Part shown: piece by piece, positions 8,264 through 17,600 of the stretch
How the letters are laid out: each line of letters begins with the position of its first letter
How positions within the stretch are numbered: position 1 is the stretch's first letter
DNA from: an uncultured Chitinophagaceae bacterium
Lineage (GTDB): Bacteria; Bacteroidota; Bacteroidia; Chitinophagales; Chitinophagaceae
Direction of reading: 5' to 3'
Assembly (NCBI GenBank): GCA_963706825.1
Contig: CAVPNT010000003.1
Span: 1,147,725 to 1,171,724 of the forward strand
Length of the DNA stretch: 24,000 bases
Notes under the pieces: model-generated
Databases searched by the model: none
The model's input: the letters and a program-made list of their open reading frames with translations, nothing else
Told to the model about the DNA's origin: nothing
Translations under genes and position numbers: made by a program

Positions 8264-8463
8264 CATTCCGGAGCATGCTGCCTTCCAATGCTGTAACATG
8301 TTGACCACCTTTTTCGGAATAATTATCAACACTTTTAATTTGCAATTTTAAATTTATTCCGGGATGTTGACCCATCTTTATTATTCAGAATTATTTTTAT
8401 TCAGATTTTTACGTAGTGCCATTCCGGCATATTGAGCCACCCTGCAGGACATATTGATTATGC
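8264..8463. repeat. degenerate direct repeats, core CCGG-N-AT(A/G)TTGA-NN-CCA
   Basis: Copies: acatgttgaccacc (8296-8309), ggaataattatcaacac (8316-8332), ccgggatgttgacccatc (8359-8376), ccggcatattgagccaccc (8424-8442), aggacatattgattatgc (8446-8463). Three of the AT(A/G)TTGA cores are spaced about 65 bp apart. A perfect 16-bp palindrome tccggcatatgccgga follows at 8514-8529, and ccggacttg occurs twice at 8524-8544. Confidence 0.6.
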
Positions 8464-8715
8464 TTCCCCTTCGTTTCAAATAGTAGTTTGAGCCGGATTA
8501 TTACCGGGTTAACTCCGGCATATGCCGGACTTGCCCCGGACTTGATACGGCAATGGTGGGGGAATAAAGGCAGCCTTGGTACTGTTAGATTACATTTAAT
8601 ACTGCAAATAACCGAGGTTATTTAATTCTTTTACTTATAAATTAAAACCCCTGACCCCTAGCATCGTCAACACACAGAAGCTTTTGCTACCAAATTTGTG
8701 CTATTAGACCTTGAG

Positions 8716-8751
8716 CAAAACGAAACTTTAGTTCAAAACGAAACTTTAGTT
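8716..8751. repeat. perfect 18-bp tandem duplication (caaaacgaaactttagtt x2)
   Basis: Read directly: 8716-8733 and 8734-8751 are identical. The duplication lies immediately 3' of the stop of the minus-strand gene at 8769. Confidence 0.9.
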
Positions 8752-8768
8752 ATGGAGTGTAATATTGA

Positions 8769-9770
8769 TTAATTATGGTTTTTAATTTGTTGCACAATAT
8801 CATAATACTGCTCTTTGTAGGATATTATTTTATCGCTCCAAGTAAAGTTGTGTCCGAATTGTTTATCCCACATTTGTAGTCCAACGCAAGCTATACCCCA
8901 AGCGAAATGATTATCAGCTAGGTTCAGTCTCTCTAGTGCATTTGTCAACCTATCTTCTGTATTTGGATGCTTTACGCCCTCAGTGTTAGAACTGAAGAAA
9001 AACATTGACAGAAATCCAAATACAATTCCCGTCTCGACAGCAAGTCTATGTGCTACCGAGAATGACGTATCGGTATATGAAATTCCTTTTATCATCATAT
9101 CAATGGCATCATTATCTGCTTCAACTTCAAAAGCTAAAAAGTGCGAGTTAGTTGTTTCTTTAGTAATTTGATCCACATGTTTTTTTAAGTGACTAAATTC
9201 ATGACATAGTATAAATTTTACAGCTTCCGTATAAAATAGGTTTGTTTGCTCAACATAGTCTCTTTTTTCAGCTAAATAAATCTCCGGATTTGGTAGCTCA
9301 TTTTTGGCCCAAGATTGAAAGTCAATAATTAAATATTTAGCATACTCGAATATCTCTTTTGCCTTGCTAATATTGTCTTGCGATATTTGTTTTATCACTT
9401 TTCCATTTTCCTTATTCACTCTAGGATAATCTATTGTTTCTATATAGGTCACATAAATGGAATATACACAACACCATAGAAAAGATAAGAATGTCTCATG
9501 TATCTCAATTTGTTTTGTTTCATGGTTTATTCTAGGCGTCCTGTACTTCTTGTTGTCAATTTTTATAGGCTCCTCACCCAATAAAAGATTTAATTCCTTG
9601 TTGATTTTACCTTCGTCAATTTGCTTTTGCAAATCAGCAAAGAATTCTTTGTTGGTATTAATAAACATATAAGTTAGCATGTGGTGAATAACTCTCACGG
9701 GCTGCGTCCCAATATGAATACCAGAATTATAGTGATTTATAGCTCCCGTAGTCTGAAATACCCAGTTCAT
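8769..9770 (-). CDS. HExxH zincin metallopeptidase, ImmA/IrrE- or Lit (peptidase U49)-like
   Basis: 333 aa. ILCHEFSHL (HEFSH = nt 9189-9203) is followed 20 residues later by FEVEADNDAIDMM. This gives the HExxH...ExEA(D/N)xxA pattern of ImmA/IrrE-type and Lit-type zincins. Assignment to either named family is not verified. Confidence 0.7.
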   Translation of the reverse strand: MNWVFQTTGAINHYNSGIHIGTQPVRVIHHMLTYMFINTNKEFFADLQKQIDEGKINKELNLLLGEEPIKIDNKKYRTPRINHETKQIEIHETFLSFLWCCVYSIYVTYIETIDYPRVNKENGKVIKQISQDNISKAKEIFEYAKYLIIDFQSWAKNELPNPEIYLAEKRDYVEQTNLFYTEAVKFILCHEFSHLKKHVDQITKETTNSHFLAFEVEADNDAIDMMIKGISYTDTSFSVAHRLAVETGIVFGFLSMFFFSSNTEGVKHPNTEDRLTNALERLNLADNHFAWGIACVGLQMWDKQFGHNFTWSDKIISYKEQYYDIVQQIKNHN

Positions 9771-9800
9771 AAGTCTATAGGTAGTGATTTTATTTTTTTA

Positions 9801-10712
9801 TTACAAGTTTCTCAGAAAGTCATCTTCTGATAAAATTTCAAGCATTGAACCTTTCTCAATGAACTTGATTGCCTTTTCTTGTTTGCTGCTCATCCCGTCG
9901 TCTCCAACAACTCGATAGTCTTGTTGTCCTACTATTAGAAAGTCGGTGTCCCTGGTTACGTTTCCACCAATATTTCCGCCAATATCTGCAATGGTCTGGT
10001 GTGCAGATGCTCTCACCATTGAAGATAATGTTCCTGTAAAAACAACTGTCCTTCCATAAAATATACTTTCACGATTATGTTTTGCTGGATCGCCAATGAT
10101 TTGTGTTAAGTCTTTTGGTTTATAAATCCGCTTTGTTTCTGATGGTCTATAATCACCATCATAAAGTTGTCCGACAGATATCTTTAATTTTTCTGGAAAA
10201 TCATCAATAGAATAAACTCCTGCAATGTCAAATGCTTTAAGAGCTAACTCTGCTGTGGCTTTACTGTCTGAACCCGCGCTATGATGATTCAAATCTATAT
10301 TGTTGATTTTACAAAGTGTTTTTAAATCATAAGCCGGTAATGCCGGCCATATCGATTTCGAAAAAATATAGCTACAGGAATAATTTAATGTCGGAAAAGG
10401 TAATTGATATGTTTGTAGCGTGTTTCTTAAAACACTGATATCAAAGCTCGCGTTGTGCGCAATCAAAAACTGATTTTCAATAAGTGGTTTTAATTCCGTC
10501 CATAATTCACTAAATTCCGGTTTATCGGCAACGTGTTCCGGTTTAATGCCATGAATCAAAATATTGAAATAATCAAATTCAGAATATCTTGGTTTAATTA
10601 ACCATGATTTTGTTTCTACGATTTGCCTCTCTTTTACGAAAGTCAAACCAATCTCGCAGGGACTATCCCTTTCTGAAGTTGCCGTCTCAAAGTCAATAGT
10701 TATAAAGTTCAT
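9801..10712 (-). CDS. DEDDh 3'-5' exonuclease (DnaQ/epsilon-like) fused to a C-terminal BRCT domain
   Basis: ExoI is ITIDFETA, ExoII is LIAHNASFDISVL, ExoIII is HHSAGSDSKATAEL (H-x4-D). The C-terminus GRTVVFTGTLSSMVRASAHQTIADIGGNIGGNVTRDTDFLIVG...EILSEDDFLRNL is a LigA-type BRCT. Its stop lies only 30 nt upstream of the peptidase gene start. Confidence 0.85.
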   Translation of the reverse strand: MNFITIDFETATSERDSPCEIGLTFVKERQIVETKSWLIKPRYSEFDYFNILIHGIKPEHVADKPEFSELWTELKPLIENQFLIAHNASFDISVLRNTLQTYQLPFPTLNYSCSYIFSKSIWPALPAYDLKTLCKINNIDLNHHSAGSDSKATAELALKAFDIAGVYSIDDFPEKLKISVGQLYDGDYRPSETKRIYKPKDLTQIIGDPAKHNRESIFYGRTVVFTGTLSSMVRASAHQTIADIGGNIGGNVTRDTDFLIVGQQDYRVVGDDGMSSKQEKAIKFIEKGSMLEILSEDDFLRNL

Positions 10713-10895
10713 AATAGAAGTAGTTATAAAAGGCAGTTACTAATATTGGAATGAATATATTTCCTCTTTTAAATAATGATCGAAAAATATTCCAAGATTC
10801 TGCGATTTATTTTTCATCACCAGGTTCTGCGTACAATATTGAGCCTCATCGAAAGCACTACATATCCTACAAACTCTTTTTTGTTGGCTATAATT

Positions 10896-11756
10896 TTACT
10901 CCAGGCTTATTTTTGAGGTCCTGCATTTGCCGATTAAAAAATTTATGAAGGAACTGCAAACAACCAACATGAATTTAGCATCGTCAAAATCAGGCTGTTT
11001 ATGTTTATCAATAATTGCGTGTCTAATTCCACTTTGCTTATTGTTTGTTGAAGCATAAAGTTTCTCTAATGCTCCTTTAAATTGTTCGTCAATTTTTAAG
11101 CCTTTGCCTTCTAAATTATTCAATGCTTTGCCTAACGTATTCTCACCTGTCAAAATTCTACAGGTTGTCTCTACTGAAGAAATTGCTTCCTTTATTGAGT
11201 TTCTGTAATCTGGTTGAACCTTATCGGAAAGTTTAGATAAAGCAGTAGATAAATGAATGTTAGCTCCTTTTAATGCTGTGAATTGATTTGCATTGATCAA
11301 TGCTTTTTCAATTTCATCAATTTCGATTTTATTGGTGATTGGTGCAATTTGATTATTTATGAATCTGTATGCAGAAAACTCTTTTTCAAGTAATAAATTT
11401 ACTGCATCTATATACCTTACCCTGTTAATGCCATCAATTGCCAATGTTGATAGATATTCAATAAAGTCGTAAACTTGGTACCATTGATCATTAAAGAATC
11501 TTTTTCGAATGTATGCAATTGAATCAGAAGGATATTTTGGAACAATATCTACTGGAAGTTTATAAAATTTATGCCAAATTATAGAAGTAAACATTGGAAA
11601 ATCTCCGTCACCGCCATATCGTCCATATGTAGAAATATTGTCTAGAATATGAATTTTTGTCAAATTCCATAAGCCATTTAATAATTCCATGTCAATACTT
11701 TCTATTTGTAAGTCCTTTATCGAAGGCTCTTTTCCAATTCTTTGAGAAAATTTCAT
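10896..11756 (-). CDS. AbiJ-like abortive-infection protein (AbiJ-NTD4-type N-terminus plus HEPN/Abi_C-like C-terminus)
   Basis: The N-terminus MKFSQRIGKEPSIKDLQIESIDMELLNGLWN matches the characteristic start of AbiJ N-terminal-domain proteins (MxFSxRxG..P....Q.eS.d.eLrN.LWN). The C-terminal helical domain contains SGIRHAIIDKH, a candidate HEPN R-x(n)-H motif. Confidence 0.6.
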   Translation of the reverse strand: MKFSQRIGKEPSIKDLQIESIDMELLNGLWNLTKIHILDNISTYGRYGGDGDFPMFTSIIWHKFYKLPVDIVPKYPSDSIAYIRKRFFNDQWYQVYDFIEYLSTLAIDGINRVRYIDAVNLLLEKEFSAYRFINNQIAPITNKIEIDEIEKALINANQFTALKGANIHLSTALSKLSDKVQPDYRNSIKEAISSVETTCRILTGENTLGKALNNLEGKGLKIDEQFKGALEKLYASTNNKQSGIRHAIIDKHKQPDFDDAKFMLVVCSSFINFLIGKCRTSKISLE

Positions 11757-12262
11757 GGTCGTTAAAAATTAATTACAGCCAACATTTAGAAAAGTATCCG
11801 AAAGGCCCGCTTATAAAGTCCCGCATTAAAAATTACTCTACGTGGCTTTGCGGCATACTTTTGCGTTGACCGATGTCGCCCTAATTGGAAACAAACGTGT
11901 CAATAGGTTCTTTTCTTTATGTTTGTTTTTAAAATTTAGTTTCGGCTTCAATACTGTTGCCATTAAATGTTCGAGACTAAAAGTAATATTTTATTTTCAA
12001 AGTTGTTCATTAATTCAACTCATCTTATAAAAAATAAAATCCTCAATATTTCTTCGTTTACTATTAAAGACTTCCGCTCTATAACAGTCATGCACAAACG
12101 AAATTATCCACGAATAAAAACCGCCGATATCTATCCGTTTACTGAATTGTTGATTATCCATCTATAAATAACAGAAACACATTTAAATCTATTAATCAGG
12201 TCAAGCTATATTTACTGCATACCCACCAAAAGAATAGATAAAAGAATTGTCAGACATTTATA

Positions 12263-12505
12263 CTATCTTCCAATCAAACCAAAAAATTGTTCGAGTGTAA
12301 GATCCTTCGCATCACACATCAATTCTAAGGTTTCAATTGACATTTTATAATTTTTATTTGAAACAATTTTACGTGCAATCTTTTCGTCGATGAAATGATC
12401 ATTTGCAAATTTGGTATACATGTAGGAACCGTCGTCATACGCATATTCGCACATCCAATTTTGAATAATATAGTCGTTAATGACAGAACCGATTTTTTGC
12501 TTCAT
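12263..12505 (-). CDS. small helix-turn-helix (XRE-like) protein
   Basis: 80 aa with an ATG start. The C-terminal MSIETLELMCDAKDLTLEQFFGLIG resembles the last helices of XRE-family HTH domains. The N-terminal half is atypical. Confidence 0.5.
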   Translation of the reverse strand: MKQKIGSVINDYIIQNWMCEYAYDDGSYMYTKFANDHFIDEKIARKIVSNKNYKMSIETLELMCDAKDLTLEQFFGLIGR

Positions 12506-12635
12506 TTAACGAAGTAACAGGAGCTATAAAAAAAAGTCACGGACGATTGTCCGTTGTAATAAAAAACTCCTTATATTTGACGATGAAAATATATATCATT
12601 ATTCTTTTCGAGTAATGGGCTATAAAGAGTCTCGC

Positions 12636-12800
12636 CCCCGAACGTGACAATTTGAACCGCGAGAGTAAGTATAGCGCCCAATCACTACATTGCGTATAGC
12701 AAAAGGGTTGGGCCTACTTATATCTTGTGGTTCAGCCGCCCATATTGGGCGGAGGGTCGTCACACCCGGGGACAAAGATAGAGTGGGTCCAACCCTTTTA
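12636..12800. ncRNA. candidate structured RNA or recombination-site element at the island boundary (unclassified)
   Basis: 14-bp stem: aaaagggttgggcc (12701-14) pairs with ggtccaaccctttt (12786-99), with one G-U pair. It encloses a 7-bp hairpin ccgccca-tat-tgggcgg (12736-12752). A possible long-range pairing joins ccccg..gtgac (~12636-12657) with gtcac..cgggg (~12759-12771). The element is locally GC-rich within AT-rich non-coding DNA. Strand is unknown. Confidence 0.25.
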
Positions 12801-13354
12801 ATGTATTCACTCTTTCAGAAGACTCATCCAAATCAAAAAGGATGAGAGCATTTCAAGTATATACAAATTTATTGTTTCCAACTAATTGGTTGCGCCATTC
12901 ATTGATTTGCATGTGCCGCTGTTTCTATCTCTTCCTTTCCGGCTCCATCACTCTCAAAACAATCTTTCACTACTTCCAGAATTATATTTTCAAAACATAC
13001 CAATGCATCAAAGATAACTTTGAAAAACCATCGATACTGTTATTTCAGCAGTATCCTGTAGCCCTCCTGGTTCTCCATTTAATACAGTGGCATTTGGCGA
13101 ATGAGGTCGAGAGCCTTATGGTCGTTCAATATGCCTCCAAACCACGTAATCCGGAATAAATAATTTCGTGTAAGCGTTGCCGTTATACAACAGCTTTTTG
13201 TGTACCGATCAATGTTATACACACAACTGGCAGTAGCCTTCGTGCATTTTTCTTTTCATGTGTTGTAACGAAGGCAATGGCTGCCTTTGGTGACGGCCGG
13301 GCAGCCACTGCTAGCATTTCTTTCAACCAATTTTTTTATTCCAAATTATGTTTC

Positions 13355-14632
13355 ATGAAATATATTATTGGGTTAGTGGCCATGCTATTGCCCATACTTT
13401 CCGGCGCGCAATCGCCGCCGGTAAAGGCGCTTACTATTGGAGATACGGTTCCGGATATGCCAACCGGTATAATGATTAATTATTCAAAGCCTTCTGCCCG
13501 CCTTTCTGATTTTAAAAATGACCTTGTCATCCTCGATTTTTGGTCCACATGGTGCGTTCCATGTATTCAGGCTTTGCCTGAGTTTCAGCAATTACAGCAA
13601 AAATTTGACGGTAGAGTGCAGTTTATATTATCTACTTCCCAGGAGCCTGATAAAATTCAAAAATTCTTACAGCAAAAAGATATCAGCCTGCCTTGTTTTG
13701 TTGAAGATAAGATCTTGCCGGAATATTTTCCTCACAATTCAGTACCACATGAAGTATGGATTAACAAAGGAAGGGTAATAGCCATAACCTATGCACAGGA
13801 GGTGACTGAAGAAAACATACAAAAGGTACTGAACGGGGAGGAAATAAGCGTGACCGAAAAGAAAGCCAGGTTTGATTATGATATTTCGCAACCGCTCTTG
13901 GTTTCAGGCAACGGTGGTAATGGAAACGACTTGTTGTATCATTCTGTCATCACCGGCTATCTTGATGGGATAAGTGGTGCAGGCGGTGTAAGTACCGATA
14001 GTTTAAACAGGTTTAAGATAAGGGTAATTAATGCAGCTATTGCACGCTTGTATGCCACAGCGGCAAAACAATACCACCTGGATTTTACGCTGCCCAACCG
14101 CACTTTAATTGAAAGTGATGAGCAGGAAAAGATCAACCCGTCTGCCCGACCCGAATATACGCCACTGGTAAGGAAGTACTTTTATTCATACGAGCTGGTC
14201 ATCCCTGCATCAGACAGAGCGAACACAGGAATCTTAATGATGGAAGATCTGAATCGCTATTTTGGAATGGTATATCATATTCACGCCGCCATAGAAAGCA
14301 GGAAAGTGCTGTGCTGGGTGTTGCGCAAAGTGGATGGACCTCTCCTGATACGAACGAAACACCAGGCTACAGGTGGTATAAGCCAGAAAGAAGGAAGTGA
14401 GTTGTGGCAAAATCAGCCCTTTGCATCTTTCTTTTATGCACTGTCTTATATAAACCAAAAACAGCCGCATCCTTTCATCGACAAAACAGGCATCACCGGC
14501 AACGTGGATATAGAGCTTCCGCTGAACCTCCCTGATGTCCCTGCATTACAATCTTACTTACAAAAATACCAGCTGCGGTTAGCGCTTGAAGAAAGCACAC
14601 TTCCAATGCTGGTGATCAAAAACATTCAATAA
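13355..14632 (+). CDS. TlpA-like thiol:disulfide oxidoreductase (thioredoxin fold) with a ~250-aa uncharacterised C-terminal extension
   Basis: Signal peptide MKYIIGLVAMLLPILSGAQS from ATG 13355; the track's 13277 start adds a non-signal extension. Redox motif ILDFWSTWCVPCIQALPEF (WCxxC). Confidence 0.8.
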   Translation: MKYIIGLVAMLLPILSGAQSPPVKALTIGDTVPDMPTGIMINYSKPSARLSDFKNDLVILDFWSTWCVPCIQALPEFQQLQQKFDGRVQFILSTSQEPDKIQKFLQQKDISLPCFVEDKILPEYFPHNSVPHEVWINKGRVIAITYAQEVTEENIQKVLNGEEISVTEKKARFDYDISQPLLVSGNGGNGNDLLYHSVITGYLDGISGAGGVSTDSLNRFKIRVINAAIARLYATAAKQYHLDFTLPNRTLIESDEQEKINPSARPEYTPLVRKYFYSYELVIPASDRANTGILMMEDLNRYFGMVYHIHAAIESRKVLCWVLRKVDGPLLIRTKHQATGGISQKEGSELWQNQPFASFFYALSYINQKQPHPFIDKTGITGNVDIELPLNLPDVPALQSYLQKYQLRLALEESTLPMLVIKNIQ

Positions 14633-14648
14633 TCAAAACTTATAGTTT

Positions 14649-17600
14649 ATGTTAAGACTAATTATTTTCAGCCTTTTTGTGGGCGTTGGCAATATAACCT
14701 TCGCGCAACAACGAATTATATCCGGAAAAGTATTGACTGAAAACGGGGAGCCGGTTGCCGGCGCCACCATTTCAGTCAAACAATACAACGCGTTCATTGT
14801 ATCTGATACCACGGGTTTCTTTTTGCTGGTGGTGCCGGATAAGGATATTGAAGTACAAATCAGTCACACCGGGTTTGAGGCCCAAACCTTTAAAGTACCG
14901 GTCAGGCAAACCGGTCTGTCAGTATATTTGAAACGCAACGAATCCGTATTGCAAAATGTAATTGTTTCTACCGGTTACCAGGAGATTCCAAAGGAAAGGG
15001 CAACCGGCTCTTTTACTATGGTTAATAACGAATTATTGAACAGGAGCGTGAGCACAGACGTGTTGAGCAGGCTCGAAAACGTAAGCAACGGTCTCCTTTT
15101 TGACCGTCGCAACAACGGACAGCCGGTTTTAAGCATCCGTGGCCAAAGTACGATATTGTCAGACGCGACACCTTTAATCGTGCTGGATAACTTTCCCTAT
15201 GATGGCGATATCAATAACCTGAATCCCAATGATATTGAAAATGTAACGATCCTGAAAGATGCAGCGGCAGCTTCAATATGGGGCGCTAGGGCAGGCAATG
15301 GAGTAATCGTGATTACCACCAAAAAGGGAAGGACTGATCAGCCTCTTCAGGTAGAACTGAACAGTAATGTTACCAGAGGCAATAAACCCGACCTGTATTA
15401 CAATCGCGCTTTTATACCCTCTGCTGATTTTATTGATGTGGAGAAAATGCTCTTTAGCCAGGGCTATTATTCGTGGCAGGAGGGCGATCCCGGGCAAACA
15501 CTGTCACCGGTGGTACAACTGCTGATAGCAGGAAGAGACGGCAAGATCACACCTGCAGAAGCGGAAAACAGGATAAACGCATTGAAACAGGTGGATGTGA
15601 GAAAAGATATTTCAAAATACTTCTATCAGCAAAGTGTAAATCAGCAATATGCGCTTTCGCTAAGGGGAGGCCAGCCCAAACTAAGCTACTTTTTCTCAGG
15701 CGGCTTTGACAATAATAAAGATAACCTGGTACGAAACGGGCTTAGCCGGGTTTCACTTCACTCCTTAACTACATATCATCCGGCCACCTCTCTTGAAATA
15801 AGTACCGGCATTACTTATTCCAATGCCGCACAAAAGCAAAACAATACCGGTGCTGCCCAGATCAACAGTGGAGGAGGGAAGGGACTTTACCCTTACGCGC
15901 AGATTGCTGACGCCAACGGCAATCCGTTGCCGGTACTAAGAGATTACAGCAGCAGTTATGTAGCAGCAGCCCCTGGTAACGGGCTGTTGGACTGGTACTA
16001 CCGGCCGTTACAGGACCTGCGTAATGCTGATTACATCTTTAACACAGAAGAGACGCTTATCAATACAACCGCAAAATATCATGTTACCCGCTGGCTCAGG
16101 CTTGAGGCTTTATACCAGTATGAACATCAGACAACAACGGTGAATAACCTGCAGGATCAGCAAATGTATTATGTGAGGAATCTGATCAATCAGTTTGCGC
16201 GGAATGACGGCTCTGGCATCTTACAGTTTGGGATTCCAAAGGGAGGCATCCTCGATCATTCCCTAAGTTCAATGGTGTCGCACTCAGGCAGACTACAGCT
16301 AAATACCTCAAAACAGTGGCGTGAGAACAACCAGTTAAATGCATTGGCTGGATTTGAAATAAGGCAAACAAAGATATCAGGGCTGGATAACAGATATTAC
16401 GGCTACGATGATAACCTTGCTAATTCAATTCCCGTTGATTATGTAAGCCAACTGCCGGTAAATCCTTATGGCTATTCGAGGCAGATTCCATCTTATGACT
16501 TTGTAAAAGGGCTTATAGACCGCAATCTTTCTTATTTTGCCAATGCAGCCTACTCGTACCGTAAGCGTTATATATTGTCGGCAAGTGCAAGGAAAGATGA
16601 ATCAAATTTGTTTGGGGTAAATGCCAATCAAAAAGGAGTGCCATTATGGTCAGCAGGTGTCGCGTGGGTCGCCAGTTCTGAAAAATGGTTCCCTTTTTCA
16701 ACATCGCTTCCCTACTTTAAAATAAGAGCTTCCTATGGCTATAATGGCAATGTGAATAAATCGCTCACTGCCTATACCACAGCAATCTACACTACTGATT
16801 ATACCACAGGATTACTCAATGCACAAATACTTACACCGCCCAACCCTGATTTGAGCTGGGAGAAGATCGGCATTACGAACCTGGGCGTCGATTTCGAGAC
16901 GAAAAACAACCTGCTTTCCGGAAGCGTGGAATATTATCACAAGCGCGGGCTTAATCTCATTGGCAATGCACCGCTTGATCCGACTGCCGGTTTTAATATC
17001 GCAGGCAGAACCAATTTCACCGGCAACAATGCAGATATGAAAGGCCACGGGGTCGATGTACAGTTATTGATCAAAAAAGAATTCGGTAAGATGAGGTGGG
17101 CTGGTAATATTCTCTTTAGTTATACCACAGATAAGGTTACCCGCTATGATTATAAAAGTTCAGTATCAGATTACTTATCCTATTATCCATCACCAATGGT
17201 AGGCAAGCAGCGGTATGGTATATATGCTTTTAAATGGGCAGGCCTTGATCCGGAAACCGGCGATCCCGAGGTTTATCTTAAAAACGAAAAAAGAAAGGAC
17301 TATGCAACCATAAGTTATGATGCCACAACAGATGACCTGGTATATCTCGGTCCATCCTTGCCTCCGTATTTTGGCTCGTGGCGCAATACATTTAGCGTTT
17401 TTGGTTTTTCGGCAGGCTGTAATATCACTTATAAATTCGGCTATTACTTTACCCGGTCTTCAATTAATTATGTGGGATTGTTCGACAACTGGATTGGTAA
17501 TGTAGATTTTGAAAAGCGATGGAAGCAACCCGGTGATGAAAAAATAACGCAGGTACCGTCAATGCCTTCTTCACCCGATTACAGCCGCGATTATGTGTAC

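Noticed and set aside
11657-12167. Three small plus-strand ORFs (11657-11869, 11842-12030, 11967-12167) between the AbiJ-like and HTH genes
   Set aside because: They are short, mutually overlapping and low-complexity, and some have non-ATG starts. The region is more plausibly the promoter or leader of the minus-strand AbiJ-like gene.
12600-12830. tRNA or tmRNA integration target at the island boundary
   Set aside because: No GGTTCGAATCC-type T-loop with a matching stem, and no cloverleaf, could be built on either strand. The only TTCAAAT-like segment (minus strand, ~12645-12660) lacks a complementary T-stem.
12842-13159. 105-aa plus-strand ORF in the boundary region
   Set aside because: The translation is Cys/Phe/Leu-rich and not protein-like. 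The opposite strand shows broken but more protein-like frames, so the region is better read as decayed DNA.
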